64,000 bases of DNA from Haliotis cracherodii. Taxonomy: Eukaryota. Position 1 is the first letter of the stretch. Every line of letters begins with the position of its first letter. The stretch is from positions 19,964,001-20,028,000 of the forward strand of contig NW_027266265.1 in the NCBI RefSeq assembly GCF_022045235.1. Direction: 5' to 3'. Both the position numbers and the translations under genes were made by a program. The notes beneath the pieces are model-generated. The model saw nothing but the letters and a program-made list of their open reading frames with translations, was not told the DNA's origin and made no database searches. Positions 1 through 13,435 of the stretch are shown here, piece after piece.

Positions 1-1077
1 AAAGTTATTACAGTTCAGATTGCATATACAACCAAGAAATAAAAGTTTGCATTTATCAATATATTCAGTAAATTAATGTACCAACAATATTGCGAGTCGA
101 GCTTGCTGGAGGTGTCAACGACTGCGCGTGCCCAGACATGGTTTAGTTACATTCGCGGAGACGCACGTTGAACACGCGCTGTCCGTGAACTAAGATCAGG
201 ATTTTATTTCAACTACAGTAATATATTCATTTTGACCATCTGACATTGAAACATCGTCTGCTTTAATAGCATAAAGCGAGACAAATACTAGTATACATGC
301 ATGCTTTCATGTCACAAACATATTCCGAATAAACGTTTTTGAAAGGAATTGTTTTCAGAAAACGTATTTACTCAAAGAACATGATCTCCGTGACATCCTT
401 GCCCAAACAAAATAACCATGAAATAATGTCGCCAGTACTAACAGTTAGAGAAAATATTGGATGAGATTTAGTGAATAATTTCCACAGTTATGCCTTCAGA
501 GGACAATAAATAGGGTTGTTGTTAGATATGACTGTAAGTAGTTCTTATTGAACTGCAAGTTAGTGTAAAAATACGAAGTTTAACTCTTGTTTTTCTCGGT
601 TTAATCTTGGATTTGTAGAATGAAAAAATATTAAGACACAGGAACAATCATTAACAACATCGTTTCACAATGTAACCAATAGGTGTATTATTATGACGCC
701 CTGTTGGTCTCAATGTGTCAGTCAGTACACTGGTGACCAATGACAGCCCAGACAAGCACGCGCACTTGTTGGCCCGGGTAGACTACCTCCAACATTGCAC
801 AGTTGCAGAACTTGGGTGCACATAGAGGCTGTGTGTGTGTGCGTGGTTGTTTGTCAAGGAAAGGGTATGTAATTTATTTATTCTGGTTAATGAAATATAT
901 CAGTCGATGCAAATAATATGTCAGATTCCAATATGTCCTACATGTAAATATAATGATCTACAGATCCCACAATCTATAGCTCATTTTGAATTCAAACAGA
1001 ACACCAATAATTTAGGCCTATTATAAACTTCATTTGTTCCTCTCTATCAGTTGAGTTTTAGGTCTGCGCACACGGTC

Positions 1078-1643
1078 ATGGATGCGCAGTGGCAACATAC
1101 AAACGGCGCTTACTCTCGGTATTACTCTCAAAACCAAATGGGACAACAGGTACGTTGAATTTAGCCAGTCTGTTGTCGAAACACTTCACAATACTAAATG
1201 TTTAGCATAGCTTCAGATAGGTTTGTACATAATAATGAACCCTCAATTTAGACAGCGTTGTCAAGTATCTGGTGTCCCGCGAAAAAAGTTCTGTCCCTGA
1301 AAAACCGAAGTACATTTTAAGGGTCCTCATCTTGTTGTGTTCAATATAGCTTCCCGTGCAAACAGACAATTCGATCCAAGTTGTACGTCCAGGGACCGTC
1401 TCCTTTTCTAAATACTGCAGTAGGCCTAGTCCTTTACAAAGTTTAGCAGCTACGGTTTAGCGGGCAAATTTTAGATTAATAAGAATCATAATTAGCACCA
1501 TATCTTCGAACACCTAACAGTCCTGAGTGAGTGAGCATTCATCCGAAGAGAATCTTGTCTACTGCAGTGCAGCAAGTTTTGACGGTGCCATTTTAGCATA
1601 CAATTCTAGTGTCGGCCTATAGTGTTCTCATCGTGAGGCACGA

Positions 1644-1675
<32 letters not shown>

Positions 1676-4600
1676 GCCGGAATGACCCACGCCAAATGTT
1701 ACAACGTACGGATTATGTAGTTGACCAGTCACATATATAGTCCCAGCCTTTTTTACAGTGCATGAATATTCTTAATATTACAATATTGCAAAGCAGCATA
1801 TGTACGGTCCTTGCATGCACGTCAAAAGGAAAATTCAATTTGATGTTTAACTTTACAAAGTATCCTGTCAAATGCATGGGGTAATTCTTTGCAACAAACC
1901 AAGTACCAGCGTGCATCACCCAAAGACAAAAGATGTCCTACTTTATTTAGGTCACGTAGGCGTGTCACACAATATATACATGTATAACTTGTAGCCCTTT
2001 GGTCAAGGTCATGCACGAAATACAACGCTCTGAGTGGCTGAAATACACAGGGACTGATTGACAGTTTGTTTATCAGATCTCCCCAAATCAACATTGTATC
2101 TATGACTCTGGAACTTTGTGAGTGGCTGAAATACACAGGGACTGATAGCGGTCAAAAGTGATCTCCTAGTCACGACTGTAACTCAGTCGTCCACGGCAGT
2201 GCAACAACACTGATGTGGCGGTTGACCCGACGAATCATGAATACCAGGGGCGGCGAATCCCAGAATTTTTTTTAAAAAGGGGGTTACATTAATTTTACTT
2301 TAACACTCAAGTCAACATGTTATCATGATTGGAAATGCGCATCTTACCACCCACCCCCAAATCCGCTACAAACAAATGTGTTTTTGAAAATTTCAAATTT
2401 GTTAGAGAGTTTACTAAATGTTGTGAGGAAGAGAGATCGATATAGAAATGGAGCTGGGTGAGTGAGTAAATTAAATTTGGTCTAACTCCGTTTTGAACAG
2501 TATTTGGTATTTCAGTAATATCACGGGGTGCCAGTTGGATATAAAAGAAAAGCATAAAACTGGTGCTGCGTGAGAAAAGCATTGTTAAGAACTTTCATGT
2601 TCTCTTCCCAGAGTTTGAGTGGAGTGAACCCTGCAGGCAGCGACACCAAGCACCAGTGTCAGCAAGGTGAGCTGGAAATAAACCGATGAGCAAATGAAAC
2701 ATTTCAGTTGATATTATTATTTGTTGATTTTCAATTGAAAATGTCTAAAGTTAGCGATATCAATAATCATATCCATAATGTGAGCTGTACTTAATTGCGC
2801 CTAGTCAACAATCAAAGTATATCCTGGGATACTGCTATACATAGAGGTTATCAAGAGAGTGTGTTTGTGGATGGCTCGCTAAACACATAGTGTTTATTCC
2901 TAATACAGGTTATTTATCATCCCCAAACACACAAGCGTGATAACCTCTTTTTCATGTGATGTCATTCTCAATTCTGTGCTCGAAATCACCTCCCATCTCT
3001 CACAAACATATTACCTAAACATTAGATCTAAATGTTTTCCTGGAATATGCCCATTCATATATAATTACGTCAGAAGGCGGTACCGCGGCATTCATCGTAT
3101 CGCTAAGTGATATGTCAGTACTGAGTAGGGCAATGACAACAGTCAATATAGTTCCAACTGAAACCTATTTCTTATACAGTGGCGTAACTAGACAAAGGCA
3201 AAACAAGAATTGCCTACACCAACTGTGTCTACTACTTGCCTTTCGCGACAACCAGTCGGTCTGTCCGCAACTGCCCTTTATCAAAGGGAAGCTACTCTGA
3301 CTCTAGTCTGTGAGACGTCACATTTGTTTAGATAGAGTCTGCCTGTCCGGTCATAACGTTACGAAGTGCAATCAGTTGAACACACAACGACAAAACGAAA
3401 TAAGGGAACAATTAGGACATATTCGGCCAAATCCAACTATTTTAATTTGTAGAAAAGGTTCGAAGCCGCAGAGGTCAACAAGCACAGATACGGAAACTGA
3501 TCCCGCTAGGCTGGTGTCCTCGCTAAATTGTTTCGCAATTAATGTCTCCAATGTTACCCAAACTTGTAAAATGCCTTAGCTACTTCACAGTTAGACACTG
3601 ATTTTCAGTATATTAGACTGCTCTTTTGTAAAAGATAGCAATTATCACAGTAGTTTCCCCAGATACCCGATGGTTAATTCTGACGGGCGACGCCATGTTT
3701 GTTTGTACACTGAAAGTATAGTCTCCAGTCCCATATTTGCATCTATATCCGCATATGACCCAAATGGATATCGTTTTTATCTGTTGACTTAATCCTGCCG
3801 AGAATACTGCCCATAATATGATAAATGTTTTTATTTTTTAATAAATGCGTCTTTTCGGCACAAATTTACAACATTTCAAACATGGTAAGGCACTCTCCTA
3901 CACAGAGTTCCATGCGGCCGGCAGCCAGCCAGCATAGATTTAGTAGATCTACGTGGTGTTATGCTGAGTCACCACTGCGCTGGAGTTTGATGGTAAGGGG
4001 CATGCGGTTGCAAATTCTTTTCTTACCCAAGTCCTCATTGAATCAATTTATATTTACACAAATATAGCCAGCCACAGCTTTAGATTACTTTTTTACAAAC
4101 TGTTGCAGGAATGAGCAATGGTTAAATTCAATACCACCATCCTATTGTCACCAGTGGTGGTACACCCAGTATCACCATCCTATAGTCAGCTGTAGTGGTA
4201 CACCCAGTACCTCCATCCTATAGTCAGCTGTAGTGGTACACCCAGTACCTCCATCCTATAGTCAGCTGTAGTGGTACACCCAGTACCACCATCTTATAGT
4301 CAGCTGTAGTGGTACACCCAGTACCTTCACCCTATAGTCAGCTGTAGTGGTACACCCAGTACCACCACCCTATAGTCAGCTGTAGTGGTACACCCAGTAC
4401 CACCACCCTATAGTCAGCTGTAGTGGTACACCCAGTACCTCCATCCTATAGTCAGCTGTAGTGGTACACCCAGTACCACCATCCTATAGTCAGCTGTAGT
4501 GGTACACCCAGTACCACCACCCTATAGTCAGCTGTACTGGTACAACCAGTACCTTCATCCTATAGTCAGCTGTAGTGGTACACCCAGTACACCCAATTTT

Positions 4601-7600
4601 ATCATGCCCCTATATTCACCCAAAATGCAATTCCTCACACTGTAACCGACATCTCATCTGACACCAAAGGGCCATTAAAACTTCACACTTTTACTCGTAC
4701 TTTTCCTAAAAATGATGACACCTGACTTTGGCCAAGAGATTCCAATCACATTTTGAATATGGCCGCCAGGTCAGACATTGAAATAGCTATCAATTACCAT
4801 TATTCAAGTCATTTTTGAAGTGTTGGAAGATTTGTAGGCAGTAGTCCAAAATATACATATCCCGTTACAATATTTTACATTTGAATAGTAGTTTGAACCT
4901 GTAAAGTTTTTCTCATCTGAGATTGTCATACTGAGAGATACTTCCTGTATGTTCCGCCTTATGGTGACATCCTGTTTTAGTCAAATTATTTAAATATCAG
5001 CTTTTGTGAAGTGACCATTTTGTTGGCGTTATAAGTTTTAAACTGATGACTACATATCAAGCAGAGGTACAGCGCGGTGGGACTATTTTAAAGCATTTTT
5101 TGGTGTATGTTGCATTTATTTGTGTGGCCTTCCATTCCAGCATCCTCTGTGGGTCCTGGCACTGGCGCAAAACATGAATGGGTAGGTCACTTCTTTACTT
5201 GTCCATTTGGGTTGTGAATACTCATAATACCTGGTTAGGCAATAGATCATGGAACAGGCACCGGAAGTCACTGTGCGGAGTTCCTACCTTAGCCTACCAG
5301 GATCTGCTGATCACGGGTTGGACCTAGATTCACCCATATCAGTAATCTGGGTCTTTGGGTTTACCTGTTAATTGGTCATGAAAGGATGAGTTCAACTTAC
5401 TGTATTTCCTAATTTAGACGCCGGTGCTTCTTTTAGATGCAGATCTGGTGTCTATTCTGTTTAATACTGGCACAGTGGCAACTCACTACCTTACCAAATC
5501 CCAAATTCCACAGTCATATGAAGGAAACGGTCAGTATTAATCACCAACCAGTGCCGTTCCAACCCCCTTGGATTTTTTTTATAGAAAACATAAAGGAGTT
5601 GCCCATATTTATACAGAGATTGACCATTCTGCATGCTGTTCACATACATTTGTTTTGCATTTTCTGACATGTACGCCACTAAGCAGATCCCAGGTCAGAA
5701 CGAGACTCTAAAATCATCATGACAACCAAAGTTTTTATTTCTGTTTCAGGTCAATTGTTTTGACGACTTCTACAGTGACGTCTTTCTGAATGATTTTGAA
5801 AATGTTGATTTAGCAAAATATAATGTGGTGAGTTTATATATATATATATATATATATATTTCTTCAGAGTACAATATTGTTGTATTTATGTTTGTTTGTT
5901 TGTTTATTGTTTAACGCCACACTTAGCAATATATCCAGTTATATGATGGCGGTCTGTAAATAATCGTGTCTGGACATTCCTGTGATTGATGTCATTAGCA
6001 TTGATCCACGCTATCAGAATATGATGATATGCATCAACCAAGCCAATCAGAGAGATGGGCCCAGGTCATCCACAGAAGCGGACGGATTGTACGGCTCGTC
6101 TTGGATGAAAAATCGCCATCCGACTCCCTGCTTTTGTGGAAGTGACAGAGCGGGTTTCCGCAACCGGGAACATTGGCCACTCGGTCATCAACTATCATCA
6201 ACCTGTACCCTTTCAACTTATGTCAACCCATCCACAATGGGACAGTCGGGTAGCCTAGTGGTTAAAGCGTTCGCTCCTCGTGCTGAAGATCCGGTTCGAT
6301 TTCTGACATGGGTACAATGTGTGAAGCCCATTTCTGGTGTCACCCGCCGTGATATTGCGGATATTGGAATATTGCTAAAAGCGGCGCAAAATCATACTCA
6401 CTCACTCCCCATCGACAATAAACTTCACCCGTGGGTTTTGTCTTCCGTCTCCATCCGGAACTACCATGACCCGTAGGCAAAACAAAAGCACTTGGACAAT
6501 ATGACAATAAGATTTGATGTTTATTACCAAACGCAAAGAGGTTACACTGAAACACCACGAACACCATGGCGATCAACAAATCCGTGCTGAAGTACGTAAG
6601 TTCATCCTGGCATGATACCATATGGTTATATAACCCATGAAGATCCGGGTTACAATTGGTCTTCAGCAACCCATGCTTGCCATAAAAGGTGACTATACTT
6701 GCCATAAGAGTTGACTGACGGGAACTTGTGGTCAGGCTCGCTGGCGTGGTTGATGCATGTCATCGTATGCCATTTTCGTAGACAGATGTCAATCACTGCA
6801 TGGACTGTCTGGTCCAGACTCGATTATTTACAGACTGCCGCCATACAGCTGGAATATTGCTGAGTGCCGCGTTAAACAACGTTCAAACAAACAAGGGAAA
6901 GGTGTGCTAACGGATCGGCAGATGGCACCAACTGAACGTTATTTACTGCAACTACGATCAGATTACCGCTATTAACTCCTGAAACGAACCTTAGTTGTCG
7001 GAGAATGGATACATATATATTACATGCCACACTTATAAATAACTATTATATGTCAACATCTTGATTTCGCGATGAAAAAGCAAGCCCCACTGGAAGCTTC
7101 CAACAGTGAAATGTCAAACGGCGCACTACGTCAAATATATCCACCAATACATCGAAATGATAGGAGAGTGTAAGGAACATGTCATGCGCTGGGAAGGGGC
7201 TTGAGAAATTGTGAGAACAGCTGATTAGTTGAGTGAGTGAGAACATGATTTTACAGCTGATTGATTGATTGAGAAAATGTGTGTACAGCTGATTGAGTGA
7301 GTGAGTTACTGAGTTAGGGTCGCAGCCGGGGACACCAGAAAAGTGTAGCTGGTTAATCTCTGCATGTAAAACAATACTCATGACAGGACATACATGGAAT
7401 GGTAATCCACTTGTCTATTTTCATTGACCATCTTTGTAATAATATTTTGAACACTCGACAGATCTGATAAGGATGACGGTTTTCTTTTTCTTTTCTTTTT
7501 TAATTTTATATTTTTATATTAGTATATTTTATACTTATTAACTAAAATATCTTTTAACAGTTGAAATTTTCAGTGAATCCATGAAAAAGGTTTGTAAGCC

Positions 7601-10600
7601 ATACCAAATGACGTTTAAAAAGATTCCCTAAATCATCAATAAATGGTTTAAAAAAAATTCTTTTCGTAGTATTGAAAACCAATAAATATCAAGTATTCCT
7701 AAAACCTCACATTTACCATGATGCCATATTCCTTTAATGGCAATGTTCTTTCGAACAATATCTGCTATAAGCAGAAATAGGTTGGGTGACATCGGATACC
7801 CTTGCCTACAACCCCTTAAATTAAAACAAATGGAAAGGAGTCATTTTCATTAAAAATTGATACTCACTCTAACTTTTTCATAACTAAATAAGTGAATTGT
7901 TTAGATACTTAGTTTTAAATATTATCTGACGGGAGTCTTATGTTTTTATGTTTCAAATATTGTATGATACACGAGTCCTCTGTTTTAACTGATGCATATG
8001 CTCATGATATTCTAATGAATGACTGTCCAAAGTACATTTTAGTCTGTTGGTTGTGCATGGGCTTATTATTCTACATCCCGAGTTTAGCCAGTTACTAGTT
8101 TTCGGTGTTTTCCACTCACTGATAGTAACTATGTCACTCCATCATAGCCATCTCTGTCTGCCTGCAGGTGTGCACGCTGGAGATGCAAGGCGGCTGGTAC
8201 AGTGTTCCCAGCAGCACCACCTCTGTGTACAGCTCTGTGATCACCCCCTCCACCTACAGTGGCTGGAACAACCCACCTACCAGCCTCCCCACCCTCACAT
8301 CAGACAAACTGTATCTCAAGGGGGGCCTCCCACCCTCACTGACCAGGGAACACTTCCCACCTGGGGCTCATGAACCTCCACTGGGACATCTGCAGACAAT
8401 CGGTGGAGAACACCCACAAGGACATCTGCAGACAGTCGCAGGGGAACACCCACAGGGACATCTGCAGACAGTCGCAGGGGAACACCCACAGGGACATCTG
8501 CAGACAGTCGCAGGGGAACACCCACAGGGACATCTGCAGACAGTTGCAGGGGAACACCCACAGGGACATCTGCAGACAGTTGCAGGGGAACACCCACAGG
8601 GACATCTGCAGACAATCGCAGGAGAACACCCACAGGGACATCTGCAGACAGTCGCAGGGGAACACCCACAGGGACATCTGCAGACAGTCGCAGGGGAACA
8701 CCCACAGGGACATCTGCAGACAATCGCAGGAGAACACCCACAGGGACATCTGCAGACAGTCGCAGGGGAACACCCACAGGGACATCTGCAGACAGTTGCA
8801 GGGGAACACCCACAGGGACATCTGCAGACAATCGCAGGAGAACAGCCACAGGGACATCTGCAGACAGTCGCAGGAGAACACCCACAGGGACATCTGCAGA
8901 CAGTCGCAGGGGAACACCCACAGGGACATCTGCAGACAGTTGCAGGGGAACACCCACAGGGACATCTGCAGACAGTCGCAGGGGAACACCCACAGGGAAA
9001 TCTGCAGACAGTTGCAGGGGAACACCCACAGGGACATCTGCAGACAGTCGCAGGGGAACACCCACAGGGACATCTGCAGACAGTTGCAGGGGAACACCCA
9101 CAGGGACATCTGCAGACAGTCGCAGGGGAACACCCACAGGGACATCTGCAGACAGTTGCAGGGGAACACCCACAGGGACATCTGCAGACAGTTGCAGGGG
9201 AACACCCACAGGGACATCTGCAGACAATCGCGGGAGAACACCCACAGGGACATCTGCAGACAGTCGCAGGAGAACACCCACAGGGACATCTGCAGACAGT
9301 CGCAGGAGAACACCCACAGGGACATCTGCAGACAGTTGCAGGGGAACACCCACAGGGACATCTGCAGACAGTTGCAGGGGAACACCCACAGGGATATCTG
9401 CAGACAGTAGCAGGGGAACACCCACAGGGACATCTGCAGACAGTTGCAGGGGAACACCCACTGGGATATCTGCAGACAGTAGCAGGGGAACACACACAGG
9501 GACATCAGCAGACAGTTGCAGGGGAACACCCACTGGGATATCTGCAGACAATCGGCAGGGAACACCCTCAGGGAAATCTACAGACAGTCGGCGGGGAACA
9601 CCCTCAGGGGCATCTACAGACAGTCGGCGGGGAACGCCCCAAGCATGTGTCTCAGCTAGCACAGGACCGTGTTGTTGGGGCACCACAGCTGCCTGAAGAA
9701 GAGAAGGTTTTCTCCACACTTGGCCAGAGGCTGAATCTAGGTACCCGGTGTCATCAGAACGCAGATGTCGTGTTTCTACAGACTTCTTCAACCAATAAGC
9801 TTAGCGGTTTGACAAAGGCAGGTTCAGGTCTCCCAGAAGCAGGATCAACACTGCCTTCAATATCAATTATCATCAATACTTACGATGAGAAGGGCGAGTC
9901 AGCAAAAGCATGCCAATTTGACTCAACAGAGAATCTCGTGAGTGATGGATCAGTCGGAGATGTGACGTCATCGGAAGACCACTGGCAGACAACTGCATCA
10001 ACGTATGTATCGCTTAGTTCATCATCGACGTCGGGTCCCACCAGCAGCGACCACGTCTCCTCATCTTCTGATTCCAAGGACAGCAGCAAACATGTTAGGA
10101 ACAGGGAGGTTCGGCGGGCAGGTGGGCGACCAAGATTTCTTTCCTAATTTAAATCTAGAGTACCCATATGTAGACCACTGGCCTATACAGCGATGAGTAC
10201 ACACATACATTTAAAACATTGCATCGAGTGGTTGGAATATCATGTTAACCAAATCGTCACATTGTTCACATGCATGCAGTAGGCACTTTGCAGAAATGTC
10301 TCATAGTCAATTGTTGTCCTCAAGAAAGAACTATATTTGCAGTTTTCTTTTGGCATCATGCAAAAGGTTAATATTTCATTAATATTTTTGTTATCATAAA
10401 ATAAAACGAAATTGAAATAGGCTTCTGTACCCAAATTACTCTGTGTGCAAGAAACTTGTGTTGCATCAATATCAACCATCTCCCTTCTATGTTCCCTTAA
10501 TAAACCACAGCGTAACCTAATCAAAATATGCGCTTTGTCTCATACTGCAGTTGATGAACCGCGGCGACCTAAGAATGGTTTCATCCGTTTTTCCATTGAG

Positions 10601-13164
10601 CACCGACAGCAGATCGCTGTAAAGCACCCGAGACTGGACAACCGCGAGATCTCGCGAATGCTCGGCTGCAAGTGGAGAAAGCTGAGCAATGAGGAGAAGA
10701 AGCCATATGAGTAAGACTCACTTCTCCTGCCATCCTCACAACTGTGTAAAGAGATCTTCAAATTGTGCTGGGAGTTTGTACGACAAATACAAGGCACGAT
10801 CATAACGTTCCTATGTTATTGGCAACAGGCTGAATCTCCACCTGAATCTCCAATTTTCAAAATACCACAATCTCCAAAGTTTTTAGGACGTAGATCTACA
10901 TCTTCAAAGGAAAATCTTCAAGCTTTACGTTTCTTTCAATTAGGTGTTGTTAGTTTATCCTTCAGACTATGGATAACTCTATTTTCAATTAAGTTGGTAA
11001 AACAAGATCATGCTGTGTAGGTTTTACCTATAGTTTGCTGGCAGTTTCACCGTCATTTTAGGGTTGAGTTCGAGAAGGATATCCAGGCTATCCGGGAGGT
11101 GAACCCAGAATGGCGCTACGCCCCGGCCAGGCAGCTGGTTGAGGAGCTGATAGAACCAATGCCCAGTCGCCTCCGACCCAGGAACAGCCTCAAGCGAAAG
11201 AAGGTACTACTGGACAAATGCTATTGTAGACATACCCAGGCAGTTTGTTGTTTAACCGCACACAGCAATATTTCAACTATATGGCGCAGCCTAGATAAGA
11301 CAGTCCAGAGATTTTATATACAACCATGTACCCTGTCAGAGTACAGTGTTACCTGATCAACCAAGTCACAAGGCCTGACCATCTGATCCATTAAGCATCT
11401 TACAACCAGCTTCGGATGCTGGGAACCTATTCTATCATGGGACCATCAGTTATTTTGGGGGTGGGGGGGTGGTGATATTTCTTCTTCAGTGGGGCTGGTT
11501 GTTAGTCCCTATTGGATGGTACAGTCGAAAATGATCTATGGAAATAAATTTACCACACCAGCCATTTTGAAATTGTCTAGTGTAGGCAACTGGAATGATC
11601 AAGTGAAAGTTCAAATGCAATTGTTTCAATCATGAAACCTGAGAGTGTGTTCCCCACAGCTTCCCAGCCTGGTGAGAACATACAGTCGCCGCCAGAACTC
11701 CGGCAAGTCTTCCAAGACCAGCAGGAAAAAACTCCCTGCAGTCCAATCAGAGATGCTTGATCCAGCTGCCACACCCTTAAGTGTGGAGGACCCATCAACC
11801 ACCTGGGTGCAGTGTGATCTGTGTGGAAAGTGGCGATGTCTGCCCGGCTTCATCCAACCAGAGGCACTGTGTGACATATGGTGAGTGGAGGTCAGGGTGG
11901 TGATGTCTGCCCGGCTTCATCCAACCCGAGGCACTGTGTGACATGTTGTGAGTGGAGGTCAGGGTGGCGATGTCTGCCTGGCTTCATCCCACCAAGACAC
12001 TGTGTGACATGTTGTGAGTGGAGGTCAGGGTGGCGATGTCTGCGTGGCTTCATCCCACCAAGGCACTGTGTGACATGTTGTTAGTGGAGGTCAGGGTGGC
12101 GATGTCTGCCCGGCTTCATCCCACCAGAGGCACTGTGTGAAATGGTGTTAGTGGAGGTCAGGGTGGTGATGTCTGCCCGGCTTCATCCAACCAGAGGCAC
12201 TGTGTGACATGTTGTGAGTGGAGGTCAGGGTGGCGATGTCTGCCTGGCTTCATCCCACCAAGACACTGTGTGACATGTTGTTAGTGGAGGTCAGGGTGGC
12301 GATGTCTGCCCGGCTTCATCCCACCAGAGGCACTGTGTGACATGTCGTGAGTGGAGGTCAGGGTGGCGATGTCTGCCTGGCTTCATCCCACCAAGGCACT
12401 GTGTGACATGTCATGAGTGGAGGTCAGGGTGGCGATGTCTGCCCGGCTTCATCCCACCAAGACACTGCGTGACATGTTGTTAGTGGAGGTCAGGGTGGCG
12501 ATGTCTGCCCGGCTTCATCCCACCAGAGGCACTGTGTGACATGTCGTGAGTGGAGGTCAGGGTGGCGATGTCTGCCTGGCTTCATCCCACCAAGGCACTG
12601 TGTGACATGTTGTGAGTGGAGGTCAGGGTGGTGATGTCTGCCCGGCTTCATCCCACCAAGGCACTGTGTGACATATCATGAGTGGAGGTCAGGGTGGCGA
12701 TGTCTGCCCGGCTTCATCCCACCAAGACACTGTGTGACATGTTGTGAGTGGAGGTCAGGGTGGCGATGTCTGCCCGGCTTCATCCCACCAAGACACTGTG
12801 TGACATGTTGTGAGTGGAGGTCAGGGTGGCGATGTCTGCCCGTCTTCATCCAACCCGAGGCACTGTGTGACATGTTGTGAGTGGAGGTCAGGGTGGCGAT
12901 GTCTGCCTGGCTTCATCCCACCAGAGGTACTGTGTGACATGTTGTGAGTGGAGGTCAACTACTGCTGACTTCAAAGCTAATGTGTGTACCCTTTGTTTCA
13001 GGTTTTGCTACTTCAACCCCGACAATCGGTACAACTCCTGCTCTATCAAGGAGGAGCTGGACCCCGACGATGCCTCTGCCCCTCCACATTTGCCTGTCCC
13101 CCCGAACTCCACATGTACAGCATACAGTGGTGGCCATGTGCTGTCCCGAGAACCCTCCTGGTAG
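1078..13164 (+). CDS. HMG-box + CW-type zinc finger protein with a 12-aa tandem repeat (9 coding exons, ~961 aa)
   Basis: Exons 1078-1149, 2612-2666, 5141-5181, 5750-5827, 8168-10121, 10551-10710, 11062-11203, 11660-11880 and 13002-13164. All introns are GT-AG and phase-compatible (2886 nt, TAG at 13162-13164). The HMG box spans exons 6-7 (EPRRPKNGFIRFSIEHR...NREISRMLGCKWRKLSNEEKKPYEVEFEKD...NPEWRY). The zf-CW spans exons 8-9 (WVQCDLCGKWRCL...W/FCYFNPDNRYNSCSIKEE). The four short 5' exons rest only on splice signals and phase. An extra start exon (ATG ACT|gtaagt, 528-533, spliced to 1051) is also in frame. Confidence 0.8.
2843..3826. mobile_element. ~1-kb non-autonomous element with a palindromic left end (copy 1)
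   Basis: Colinear with 22823-24018 in the same orientation. Hairpin agaggttatca...tgataacctct at 2843-2948. Confidence 0.75.
4133..4590. repeat. 38-bp minisatellite, ~12 copies
   Basis: Unit tatagtcagctgtagtggtacacccagtacctccatcc; period 38 (4181, 4219). Confidence 0.95.
6239..6407 (+). mobile_element. tRNA-derived SINE with (ACTC)n tail
   Basis: A box tagcctagtgg, B box ggttcgatt, tail actcactcactc. Same family as 50053-50150 and 55321-55486. Confidence 0.85.
6632..6892 (+). mobile_element. SINE of a second family (Nin-domain-like) with (AAAC)n tail
   Basis: Central motif acccatgcttgccataaaaggtgact and 3' end ggtccagactcgattatttacagac...gctgagtgc..gttaaacaac. Related fragments at ~5889-6050 (-) and ~26715-26850 (+). 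The family name comes from recalled similarity. Confidence 0.7.
7480..7830 (-). mobile_element. degraded L1/Tx1-type LINE reverse transcriptase fragment
   Basis: The minus strand reads RGCRQGYPMSPNLFLLIAD near 7760-7816, matching the RT motif GxRQGxPLSPxLF. Boundaries are approximate. Confidence 0.6.
8368..9635 (+). repeat. coding 36-bp minisatellite (GEHPQGHLQTVA x ~35)
   Basis: Unit ggggaacacccacagggacatctgcagacagtcgca, lying in frame within exon 8168-10121. Confidence 0.95.
11830..12957 (+). repeat. 66/67-bp tandem array of the exon 8/intron 8 junction (original plus 16 copies)
   Basis: Each unit is the last ~51 nt of exon 8 plus the first ~16 nt of the intron. Donor-like motifs recur at 11881, 11948, 12014 ... 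12944. Confidence 0.95.
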
Positions 13165-13435
13165 TGCTCCAGGTACAGCACACTGGTGAAGAACATAAAC
13201 AAAGACCAACTTGTTTCACGTCAAGTAGGCAGTGTTACTACTGGAAAAATATAGACAGTTGGATTCCCCTGTCTAACTTGCTTGCCAAATGTTCTTTCAA
13301 AATAATAGGACTTGAAATGCTACTTCTTGTATCTGAATGGAGTGGCATGAAATAACTAGAATAACTGGAATAACTAGATGCAATGCTCTAACTTGTCCAT
13401 CCACTGATGAGAAACTAAGCAATGACTTATCTGTA

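Noticed and set aside
8316-9791. Long Cys-rich or hydrophobic ORFs in other frames (CSPATVCRCPCG..., metallothionein-like)
   Set aside because: They are by-products of a stop-free 36-bp repeat. Only the 8168 frame extends on both sides and splices in phase to the HMG exons.
11878-12945. Tandem alternative CW-finger mini-exons
   Set aside because: The spacing between a copied donor and the next CAG is ~15 nt with no pyrimidine tract, and many units carry a 1-nt frameshift.
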